This document shows, one piece after another, positions 1 through 12,100 of a stretch of DNA of 54,315 nucleotides. How positions within the stretch are numbered: the first letter of the stretch is position 1; the number at the start of each line of letters is the position of its first letter. The translations under genes were made by a program, and so were the position numbers. The notes below the pieces were generated by a model that saw only the letters and a list, made by a program, of their open reading frames with translations, was not told the origin of the DNA and made no database searches. The stretch comes from Phoronis australis (taxonomy: Eukaryota; Animalia; Phoronida): positions 397,503 through 451,817 of the forward strand of contig NMRA01000365.1 of assembly GCA_002633005.1 (NCBI GenBank), given 5' to 3'.

Positions 1-1920
1 CAACAGGTTTTGCTTTTTCTAATGCTGACATGAGGCTACCCACATTAAAACAGTTTTGGGCAAGTCCTTCAAAATGAAAGGTGAAATTTCTTAGCTCAAA
101 AGCACACACAGAAAGTCCATAGCAAGGTCAGGGTACATAATTATCTGTTATGAAATGACACAACCATGATTGGGGGTCACTGCCGGCAGGTCAAAAAGGC
201 TTGAGGGGTCAAAATAAATTTGCGAAGACAAAATTCCCAACCATTCGGGTGAAGGGAACTCAGAGAGCGAAATGCAGAGTTTTTAATGCTGAAATGGACA
301 ACGTCCACTAAATCAAAAGTGTAAGTCACTTGATATTCAACTTCATAAATTCTAAGCCAAAAGATCCATATACGATGCATGTCATAGGCAAAAAAAACTG
401 CGCCGATTAATAATACCTCCGTCAAGAAAACATATCGGTCAGTAGCGGTGTAAAACTAAGACAGTTAAAAATCAATACATAAGTTTTATTGGTTACGGCT
501 ATTAACAGTCAGCAGTTGGCTTACTGGCTTCACTCGCACACGCGCAGCATAGCATGGCATGCAAAATAACTGAACAAGCAGTCATTACGCATTAATCCTA
601 AATGTACTGCTAGCGAAATAAACAGGAAATATTTGAACAGTACTGATACCACGGTCAGACAGATGACGTCTTAGAAAATGTTATGGTTTAGAACACAGAG
701 CTAATGTCTTTAGAATACAAAAACATACAAAGGCTGGAACAAATGCTTGATGCACAAAAATAGTAATGAAACTCTGGGCAACAGCCAAGGCGTGCATAAA
801 ATCTGGACAAAAAATTTTAAAACCTCCCTTTGGATAGTTTGTTAACCTGTTGTTACAATTAAACCTACAAATTTGGCAACTAACGACATGAAACATTCAC
901 TAAATTGGACTTAGTCGTTCTTTGTGCCTGAACATACGTCAAATTATTTAAAATCATGATCGAATACTAGTACCGGTATTCCAAATCCAGACTGACAAGA
1001 CAAATAAATACCATAAAAAGGATATCAAATGCTTCAGTGTTGCGATACCAATCCATTCTTTGCACACAAAATACGGTGTATACCTAATATACATAACTAA
1101 AGAACGAATTGTTTTCAATGACTGAAATCGCTAAGCGCAAAAACTAATCGCTGTTACAAGAGGAAGAACGGATTCCAAAACTGCCAAATGAAACACTTAC
1201 ACACTGAAGCCTGTCTGTACATGCACTTCACTACAGTTACTGAGCGTTGAGACATGTGTTCACTGAATAAACGGCCAGCAGACTGTAGCCAGCAGTGCTC
1301 AATAATGCTGGGCTTTGTTGAAACCAGATAGCGAAGTGCATGACCTAGTTACAGCTTGGTGGCTAATCATGCAGTTCGCAGCATTAACAGGACTTACTCA
1401 TGGCCTAAGTATGGGGGGAAACAAGATGGCTGCTCTCCAACTGACAATGGTGCAGTGGCAGAACTCAATTGAATTGCCTAGCCTTGTTTTTAGCATGAAC
1501 ACATCAAAGTATTTGCGATCTTGTGGCGGAGAACATGTACCAACCTTTGTTATGAACGCTAGCGAACAGCAAAGTTTCTAAAGACTAATAAGCGATGTAA
1601 GCATTTACATAGTTGTTTGAATTCACTATTTATTATTATTCATACCTGTGATCATGATGACAAAGTAAGTTAAAGCTCTCCGCTAACTACATCTATATTT
1701 GTGCACGGTAATTAACAAACTTAAGACTAAACAATTTTGTGTTCAGCAAAATGACACTTGGACTTAGGACGTTCATGAAGGGACTCAAGAGTAGGAAATC
1801 TAACTCATAATCGTAACCATTTGACCAACTGGACAGAGAATTAAATACATTCCTAAGGTACAGGCAAGAAGAATCTATAGTGCCGTACATACAGACTTAC
1901 CCCAGTTACTCTTGGAACTA

Positions 1921-4681
1921 CCGTAAACGTTCGGGTTAACGCCCTGGGTGGATAAATTGGCAAACCCAAAAGATCGGGGGGTAGCGGTCAACCAGACATG
2001 GGCACTTAAACGCAAATTTCAAGAAATCCAGAGAGGGCGGTTAACCTAAACATGGGCGCTTATTACGACAGACAACCGCCCTGGGCGGATAATCTTACCT
2101 CATGATCAGAGTACCACACGATACACGTACTCGAAACGCGTAGAATTTTTCAAAGAGCTTTATCATCAAGTCGCAAAATGTCGCTAAAAGTGTCATAACA
2201 GCGGACGATCCTAAGAAATGTTCTGTTGCCCATAGATTAAATTTACAAAATTGGTGAGTAATAGTCCTTTGCCGTCCTGCAATCTTATTAGGGCTGTGGT
2301 GCGCAGACAACCAGTAGTCTAACAATAACTTGCATTGCAACTATTCTCACGCGATGACACTTTAGAATTGCACGCGTGTGAGCTTCACGTGTTGCAGAGG
2401 TCACAGCAGACATCAAATTTATGGTGCTAGCTGTCAAGTTTCGAGTCAAAGACCAGTTTTAAAATTAATGATGTAATAAAAGTTTGAAAAGCTAATTCAG
2501 GTGTTCTTTTGTGTTTGGGATGTTTATGTTTTTATGTTGGAGATTAGAATTAGATTAGACTAGACTCCGTGACTCATTTTCAATGTATGGTTCTGCAGCT
2601 AGCTGTTTTATCTCGACTGCCCGGCGTTGCCCGCTTCCAATTGCGTGAAACATGCCACGCAAACGAGATGAGAATCGGGGGTAAGCGGATATGAGCCAGT
2701 CGTCAATCAAAAGTTACTGCAAAGGCATTACGCAAAAACAATCATTTGCTCAAGATTTTATTTTAAAATTAGTAACATTATGACTGGGGATGAGTCTAGT
2801 GACCGCGAACAGTAGAGTCCGAGGAAAAAATTACCAGTTCGAACACATATCTGCGTCAGTAAAAAACAATTCGTAGATGTAGCCTCAATTCTTCGGATAA
2901 CCGGCATCTGTGGTTTGCGCGACTATACAACTAAATTAGTGAAGAGCTTTAACCAGCAATGCGTCCTTTCCGAGTCAGTGTTTTGCAACTGAGACTCCGC
3001 GCTCGGCATAACGAACTGCAGGTCGCATTGGCGACCTGAAATTTGGAAATGCGAGCCGAGATTATAGACGTCTTGTACCTGCCACCGAGAAATTCCAACC
3101 TACGCGAGACGTTTTTATGGGGGTATAATGGACAGGCCCACCTGGAAAACATAAAGCAACTCGAAAAACACATTTATTTTACACGCAATATGTACAGATC
3201 ATCCTAATATAATATCAACTACGGCAATATCGCATTGCGACACTAGTCCCTCCCACTGTTTGCGCGCAATATGCGGTCACTAAACTTGGAAATGCCGTCA
3301 AGTAATTTAACAGCCTCTTTCAACATGGGTCTTGTTTTAAGTGACAAAAGACAGCAGCTGGATTCAGCACGCGTGTACGTATGAGTCACCTGTCAATCAC
3401 ACATGTTGTTGTCAAGGTAATATGCACTCCAGGGTGTGGGAACTTACACGCGGGCACCACTTCAGAAATCGCATATCAAAAGAGAACAGCGACAGTACAC
3501 CGGCGCGACTCTGTACTTTTAAGCTATTGTTACAAAAAAACCCAGTGTTTTACGATATTCCTCCGTTCCAATGACCCAAAACTACGATGTCAAGTCTGTT
3601 CCAATATTTCCAGGCACGATGATCTGTGGACCCAATGTTCCATGCCCGTAGCTAGCTGCGTGCACGTCATTACCACTGCCGCCAATTTTCAATCAGTTAC
3701 GTCATAGATGTCTCGGACTCGAATGGCAAGAATTTTGTTCAGGCTGAAACTGCCCAATGTAGGAACAAAAATATTCGGGAAGCTAAAAGGCTAGGTGGAT
3801 ACGATAATTCACAGTTACGCCTGTCGCAAGAAATCGTACTATAAAGAACCGCCAGCAACTTTGGCGGAATCTGCTATCGCCAACTTGTCTGAGATGCAAC
3901 AAGCGAAAAACAAAATCTGACTAGCAGTTTTTTATTTCTTCAAGATGATGCACAAACATCCAGTAACGTATTGCCAACCTTTGAATTCAGAAACTGAGAC
4001 AGCAAATCGGCCAGCGAGGTACACTGTCCGTTCGGTCGCTACACATCCTCGATAACCTGGCAATTACACTCATAAAAATAGGGAGAATTTGACATCTTTC
4101 CGTCAGTTATGGAAATTCTTCAAAATACGAGAGCTTCCTACCAAAAGCGAATTGGAGGTGTTGGCAAAACCAGTGTCACATTTCTCTGACCCGATTTTTT
4201 TCGAATATATGTTTTATCTAGTGCACTGCAGACAGAAACTCGGCGCGGCAGACCACGTCGCTAAAAGCGGAGGCATTGAAGCCGGCAGGGTTCTTAAACT
4301 TTGCAAACATGGGAAGAAAATAAAGTGACAAAACGTTCAAGTATTAAATTTTGAAGTAAATCCATGACCCGAGACAAGAATTTGTTACTTGTATTGAATA
4401 ATTCTCATTGCCAAACTGCCGGCTCGGAGGCTGTCATTGCACTCTAGTTGTGATCATCGATCTAAAAGTCGGGAAATCGCACTAAATCTTCAATCTTTAA
4501 AAGTCGGGGATGGGCGCTTAATGGAGCGGTGGGCACTTAACGGAGAGGTGGGCGCTTAACTGGAAATCTTCAAAAATCGCAGATGGGCGGTTAACCGAGC
4601 AGTGGGCGGTTAAATCGAAAATCCACCTAAAGTAAGGGTGGGTGGTTAACTGAGCATGGGCATTAACCCGAACGTTTACGG
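1921..4681. mobile_element. Non-autonomous Tc1/mariner-pogo-type DNA transposon
   Basis: 24-bp TIRs CCGTAAACGTTCGGGTTAA(C/T)GCCC with one mismatch. TA lies on both flanks (1919-1920, 4682-4683). Subterminal GGGCGCTTAA/GGGCGGTTAA repeats occur near both ends. No transposase ORF. Confidence 0.85.
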
Positions 4682-5419
4682 TAATTGTCGCTAGGTTTGA
4701 GTGCTGTTTGGACGCTATTTAAACTGCGATATTTTATTTTGCTCATAGCGATAACAAGGACAATCATTGTAACTTACATCTGATTTCAGTGTTATTATTT
4801 ATTAAATAATCTTGGCTAAAAATACACCGGACAATAAGAAGTTGGTTTCAAGATACATGGTATTTCATTTGCTGTGAGCACATGGACCTGTCTTCCGCCT
4901 TTCCCACTTTTTCTTCGTTTCAGACTAGTGCACAAATTCGTTTGTGAACGACCACACATTGTGACTTTTGTACAGACAAATCATAAAGATTAACATCTAC
5001 TGACTCTGTAGGGGGCGCACTACGTCGATGCTTTTTACTGTTGGGGCATCGAGACGCGGACCAAACTTAGCCTTAAACTCATGATAAAAAAATGGAGTGT
5101 TTATTGCGCTCTGAAAATTCGCTCGCCACCTGAGCGACCGGCAAGTGAACTTCTACTCGCCCACCACTATTTTTACTCGCAGTGGCGACCGGGCGAGTGG
5201 CTAAGTATATCCCTGCGTCTATGGGTATATACCTGCCAAGTCACACGCAAATCACATATTTAACTTCCACCGTACTCCCTCATATAAAAAAATAATTGCA
5301 GGCGGTCTGATACACGTTGTACCAGACATGCGCAGGCCTCGCATGTGGGCCCATTGCACTGATCACCTGGAAATATTTTTATGCTTTATTAATATATGGT
5401 TCAAACCGAGCTGAGGAGC

Positions 5420-5520
5420 TAGAAACCTGGCTCAAGGGTTTAGCAGTGTGACCTGGTGGGACTTGAACCCACGACCTCGAGTAAAGAAAGCGGGCACTTA
5501 TCAACCAGGCCACACTCCCT
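5420..5520 (-). mobile_element. tRNA-derived SINE head
   Basis: The - strand reads GGAGTGTGGCCTGGTTGATAAG (A-box-like)...GGTCGTGGGTTCAAGTCCCACC (B box / T arm). There is no proper acceptor stem, so it is not a functional tRNA. Confidence 0.65.
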
Positions 5521-6869
5521 CATACCAGACCTGCAAATTCTCATGCAATCCCGATTTTCTTGAGAATTATATTTTTCTAAATGTACATTTTAACAAAACA
5601 AACATACAAAAATCAACATAATAACTATTAGTCCAGGATATTCTTGCAAATTGGTGTTGCTGCCATATTGCAAGAAGGATTACTGATTCATTTTTAACTC
5701 ATTTCATAATTTCATTAATAGTTATCCGACCCTTGGCAGGCTACTTAACATAATCCATTTATTTGTTCAGTGTTAAGACATAAATCCAATCCATGCGGAG
5801 TAACATCTAAATTTAGGAAAGGACAATTTTCTCTGGCTCAGGAGAGATAAAAAGATAATTATTTTGCTCAAGGGGTGTACTGAATTTTGGAAATAAGCAA
5901 CATTGGACATCCCAAATTCATAAGTTACAATTACTAAGGACAAACGGTCATTCGCTTTGATGTTACACTAAGGAGATCCATGAAAATGTGTCAATTATTT
6001 ATGAACTGCCAAGTCTATTTTCAGACACTGTTCATAAAAAATGCTATGTCCGATAGTTGAGAAACATGATAAATGCCAAAACTGCACAAGTACCAAGTTT
6101 CAATTTCAGTACGAATACTAACTAGTGCTTATTACCAATTTTAGAGAATGTCTAAGCTGGAGAATTTTTACTACTAACGCCAACACCAAAATAAAAAATT
6201 CAATTGTAATCAATCATTATTTGCTTGTACCTCTTGAATTTTTGTTTCACACCCTCTAAGTGGTAAAATACATTTATCAACAACAATTTTGAAACAAAAG
6301 TCGCCAAAATGAGCTTACATAGACAACACTGGTGATTATCATCACAAATATCAACTGATGACAACATTGCAAGCTATGTCGGCTAACACCCTAAAATCAG
6401 TGATTTGGCCAACTTGTCGGGTAAATAACGCTAATGGAAAACAATAAAGTTTTTGGCAATGAACCTAACATCTAATCAACAAACTAGATTTCACTTGACA
6501 ATACATATTGTCGTGTGAAATTAGATACAAAGGCCTATCAATTTTCACGACTACGTCGTACGTACAACAGCTTTGGCCAATCGTCATCTGGCAAGCAGCA
6601 TCGGATTATGTGGAATCTTATAATTTTCTTTTGGACGATGTCAGGTCTGAATGTGGGAGTCTCATTATTGTGCCACAACTAAGCTTAAGCCAGCACAAAA
6701 ATGGTCGCGGTCACATAAAATCAATAGCAAGTGTTACATTTTATGAAACCTTGATAGCCGTAAAAGGGAACTCGCCAATGTACACCAACAAATAATCACG
6801 ACTCACTGCGGGTGCATGGTCTTCAAGAATATTTGATGAATTTTATAACAATAATTGAGTTGAAAATGA

Positions 6870-7260
6870 TTACCTCAATAAAGATGAACTTGCAAATTTG
6901 GCAGTCATGGATACTGGGAGTATTGAAAACTGATATTGCTCTGAAATACTTTTACAAGCAGCGCCCAGAGGTAAGTTGTGTTGGGTGAGAAAGATGGCGC
7001 CACCTAGCTCATTACTTATGATCGCTAGTTTTCCAGGGGCAAGTAAAACGTGGAAAAGTCCCAACTAACGCAAATTGATACCATTCAACAATAGTGCACT
7101 GGAAAAAGTAGTATTTGAGGCAAACGTATCTTCGATCTTATTTGTGTCAATTGACGATGCCATGAAGGAATCATTTTCATCAATAATAAGAAATCTGATG
7201 TTCTAGACGAGACAATGAAACTCACCAGAACAGCAATCGCCATCTTCCGCAACTAACTAG
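6870..7260. promoter_or_regulatory. Candidate promoter / first-exon region (TFB2M 5' UTR exon and a possible divergent gene)
   Basis: The + strand has a consensus donor GAG|gtaagt at 6971 and AAGATGGCG (YY1-like) at 6991. The - strand has GCGGAAGATGGCG...CTG|gtgagt (ATG at 7243, MAIAVL) and a second donor GAG|gtaatc near 6873. Confidence 0.4.
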
Positions 7261-8964
7261 GTCAAGTTCTAATTTGACCTATATATTTTTCCTCACGTTT
7301 TTGTGCTTCAGATTGTCATTGTTTTAAAACGTTTACAACTAAGTTTGCGAGTCTTGAAAGAATGCATTTTTCTTTTAACTTTCGGATTGCATGTATTTTA
7401 CCCTTCAAACACATCTGAGTTGACTATATAAAAGACGCGACATCTAGTGGGCGAAGAAATTGACAACGTGTTTTGCCTCTTACTCTTGTCTTGGCAAACC
7501 TTCATGAGTTTTTGTGCTGGTCCTTTGGTGTGATCTGTTGCTGTATGATATAGCCACTGTTTATGGCTCAAGAATTTTAATTCACTTTTAGTGTTTCGTG
7601 ATTTTTTTGGTGTTATACAGTGTACTGTCACAACACTGCTCACGACACTGAGCACTATTTCAGTATTTCACTATATTCTCTTGCTTGTGCAGTTCACGTA
7701 TGACGTGATATCTGGTCCCTGTTTCACTCTATAGCCAAAAGTTAAAGTTGCTGTTAAATCTTTTGCTCCTGAGCAGACAATGGATTTCTGTCTTTTAGCA
7801 TCGAGTTGTTGTTGACTTTTAGCCTTAGTATGTTTTGTGAAAAAGCAGGCCAATGCGAAATCCAAGATTTTCAGTCGATAGATTAAGAGGCAGACTCTTT
7901 AGTCAGCCTCTTGCACTTGGGAAGAATGGGCAGTTTGCTGTTGCTTAAAGCCACATGCTGTACATGAAATGATCTGCCTCGTTGCGCCATTCAGAAGACA
8001 CTTGTCCTTCACATGGTGTACTTGCATAAAGTTTTTTTGCAACGGTCAATGTTTGTTTTTGTTGAGAAACTTACCTGAATTTGAAAAGTGAAAACTCTCT
8101 CTCACCCATACACCTTTACTTTAAAGCATTCTCTCTCCCTTACACCTTTCCTTCTCAAAAATTCGCAGTCTGAAATTTATAAATTCGCCATGGAATAACG
8201 CCCTACTTAATAAATCACATTAAATACTGAGTCCACTTTTAAATGTCAACTGTATCATGCGTTGACGTGAGACATTGTAAGCAAATTAGTTCTGATCAGC
8301 TGTCTGGGGGTTTTCTGCATTCAAATCCCATGTGCAAATGTGTGTGCATGCTGATACAATTCGTAAGAGGCTCGTGAATTAATACTATTTGTTACTAATA
8401 TGTTGCTAATAGACTTTAAGAATCGATCCCCAGTAAGAACCCTAGTCATTATATTCTGCTTGAGTGGACACAACACCTACCAAAGGTAACATTTTTATAA
8501 GCAAGAGTTGGTCCATGTTCTGTTCCACAATATTTCTTTATTTAGCCCTGTATATGTTATGTATGTTATTTAGTTACAAGTCAAGGTCACGACCTACTTG
8601 TTGAGTGCATAGTCTCGACCAATAACAAACTGCCTGTTCTTCCCAAGACTCAAAACTATAGTCTTAGTAAGGAAACAGTTGAGAAGACTTCATGGTGCTC
8701 AACAGGCCAAAATCATCAATTAGCTACTTTTTAATCACAGAAAGTGGGTTTATAGCACCATCGTTTTTTTAAATTTTGACACCTCCATATTTTTACATTT
8801 CTATTGAATGACTTGTTTTTAGTTAGGAACGTGGTCCCTAGTTTTTAGTCATAAATTTTTCAAATAATCAATTGTAATTCTTTTGTTTTCAGATTGAGTC
8901 CGACTCTTACTGGTTTTCACACTTGGTCCTCTCTGCCCAGAAATGCCGTCAAAGGGCAGAAATA

Positions 8965-9157
8965 ATGGCCTTACGATATTCTTTACATAAGACGTGCCAG
9001 TCAATCTTTAAATTGTTTTGTGTGCCATGGAGTCCTCTCAAAAAGACTGGTTTTTGTGTGTTGCGGGCCTTGGAAACTGATGCTGCAGCTAAAGTGCCAT
9101 CTAGTAAGAAGAAAGGGAAACGTGAAAGTTGTTTTATTACCGATGAAGCTTTAGCAG
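8965..9157 (+). CDS. TFB2M: TFB2M coding exon 1 (MALRYSLHK...CFITDEALA)
   Basis: Acceptor ttttgttttcag ends at 8892, so a 5' UTR part precedes the ATG at 8965. The N-terminus is basic and presequence-like. Donor GCAG|gtattt, phase 1. Confidence 0.8.
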
Positions 9158-12100
9158 GTATTTGTCAGACCAAGGGATAATTCCTTTTCAATTGTAATCT
9201 CCTGCAAGCGGTTTAGCATACAGCTCATATGAACATTGAGAGTGCTATAGATATTCATGACAAAAAGGCACTGGTAGTAAATATTTTGAGTTGGCTGAAA
9301 GAAGTACTTCAGCACAGTATAAAATGGCTTATTAAAGTTTAAAATAGTTATTGAAGTTACTATTTGATGATTTTGATTATGTTAACTTTATGACTGGCAT
9401 ACAGTCTATGTAGTGTTGATCATCTCAATTTAAGGCAGCTATAAACCCTTGTTTTGTCCAAAAAACAAACTTTTGATTTAAACCACTTATTGCTATGATA
9501 AAATTGGTCTCTACTTGTAAATTACTCAAATGAGAGGTCACTCATATATTGGTCATTTCTGGGTTTGCATAGAATTGACTGTTTGTTATGGCTTGTGACC
9601 CGTGCTTGGCACATAAATTAACAGTGACAAGCCAATTTGAAAAGCCTGGTCTTAAGCAGTAATGAACTTTTATTTTTTTCAAAGCCCTAAGATCACCTCC
9701 AATTTGACACTTAATTTCTATTGTTGAATGGTCGAAATCAAAAGTGGTTTTTTATGGGCCCACATATTTATATGTTTGCAGGATCTTTATTAAATGCAGC
9801 AAGTGTTTTTTGGCATCCACCCCTCTATCAACCAAACCACTCTAAGGGTGATTTTGAAAATTGGCATGTGTGTTCTTACTATGAAGAGGACGGCTCATGA
9901 TGATTTTCCAAAGACTTCGATTACTGTGGCACCTCCTAGTGGCAGTTTTTGCGCCCGCGGCTATATCTTCTAAATGGCTTGCAGGATCTTTACTAAATTT
10001 AGCAAGTGTTTTTTTATGATGTTGACAGCGGACAACGACGACTTTCGGACGGATCTGACTACCGGTGTGCCTCCTAGTGGCAATTTTAGTTTTTTGAGTT
10101 AACCTCTGTATTTTCAAAGGTCCTCAATGGATTTTCATCAAATTTGGAATATAGGCATCTATTGGTGAGGTGACGCTTTCCTTCCATTTTTGGATGGAAT
10201 CGAGGTATTTTGCGCCACATAGTGGCCATTTTTGCTGTTTTAGAGTCTGTTTTCTGGCATCCACCTCTCTATCAACCAAACCATTCCAAGGATGATTTTG
10301 GAAATACGCATATATGTTCTCAGTATGAAGAGGACAGTTGACGATGACAATTTCGACTACTGTGGTGCCTTCTAGTGGCAGTTTTGTTTTGCGCCCATAA
10401 CTGTATTTCCTAAGCCCACTGCTGGAACTTTATTAAATTTGGTATTTATGTGAACGTATCAACAGAAGACGACTTTCATGCGGATTCAACGAACGCTGTG
10501 CCCCTAGTGGCAATTTCATTTTTTTTCCATTTTTCTTTGTTTCCCTGAAGTTCCTTGACAGATTTTTATGAAATTTAGTAAATAGCTTTCTATTAAAGAA
10601 GTGATGACATTGTTCCCATTTTTGGATGGATTCGACGTTTTGCGCCATCTAGTGGCCGCTTCGCTTGTAAGGCATGGCGATACTTCGCCAAGTTTTGCGT
10701 AATTTTTAGTTTTCAATTGGTTCTCACATATATGGAACACACGCTTGGTCCCAGGTTTTTTTACTGTGGTAATGGAAAAGTCGAATGCGTATTCAGCAAT
10801 TATGAAATGGTGCTAGAATCAAACACAGAACCTCCTGCCTTGTATACTCATTTGCCCCCAGAGCCTATCGATAGCTAGCTGCCAACCATCAGGACTTAAT
10901 TTAACTTTTTTGACGTTATATTTACTGAACAGGGAAATTGAAAAAAAAACGTCACCATCATGGCAATGTCTGTAATATAACCAACAATTTGATTCAGGAC
11001 AATTGGGGGGGATTTCATATATGACACAGTTATCAGTTTCCTAATGGATTGTGGGTTGTGGGGCAGTGTGTGAACATTTAGTGACATCACAGATAACCCG
11101 ATTCATAATTTGTGTTTTAGGTGGCGAGATTTGAGTTTGGCATGTGCCTCAAGAATTCTATAGTGCAAAAGACTAGCTGTTCTATGTAGTAATTCAATTC
11201 ATTTTGAGGCTTGTACATCACGTATATAATTTTTCTGTAGGCCCATAGCCTGGGGGTAAGGGGGCTTGGCTAGCCCCACCCTCGCGTCTAGACCGAAGAG
11301 ATTTTCTCTTCCAGTGTGCATAGGCCTTTATTTCTCAGTGGTGCATCGTCTCAAAAGTGTGGGTGTCTTATCGTCTTCCCAATAATTACACAATCACTCT
11401 CATTTCTGCGTTTGACCTAGAGTCCGTTCCTCATAATCTAAAATTGACCTTTCCCATTGACCAATCTGGCTACGGACCCGTCTATAATGGTTGCTTTGTT
11501 GTACTGGCATGTTGCAGTTGATCCGCACTTTCAATTGGGTTGAATGTAAGCAGCAAGTGTGTTATTGATTACACGTCACCATGTTATCCGTGATGTTAGT
11601 GGATGCTTACAACTAACAGCTGTCCCACAATGCACAATAATTCTTAATTTAACACTAGGAACAAAGGTAAGTTAAAAAATTGTTTATGTTATCAGATACT
11701 CTATCAAAAACTTCATTTCACTTCAGTTTGAAACTGAGAATTATTTACATTTGCGTAGCTCGAAAATTATCTTATGCTTGGATCAGACTTCTGCGAGTTA
11801 TTAAAACATACATTTCTGTGTTTCAGCTGATCTAATGTCGGGGATTAGTGTAGATTTGAAGGACCCCCGGTCTACGCTGATAGAACTGTCTCCTGGCTAT
11901 GGCATACTTACCAAGGTGCTCCTGAATGCTGGCGTGAAGAAGTTAGTGGCATTTGAGCCCGACCTCAATTACCACCAGCATTTAGAGGTTAGGTCAACTG
12001 TTAGCTAATCTAGGCAATTCTTGAAACTGGAGTTCTCTGTTTACAGGGCTTGGAATTTTCCGCAGAAACGCGGATTTCCGCTTTTTTCAAATGTTCTGTT

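Noticed and set aside
1315-1581. 88-aa ORF / possible exon on either strand
   Set aside because: No recognisable motif, and the - strand AG..GT candidate ends in a stop in its open frame.
5449-5520. Possible tRNA gene
   Set aside because: A and B boxes are present, but there is no complete cloverleaf, and it continues into SINE-like body sequence.
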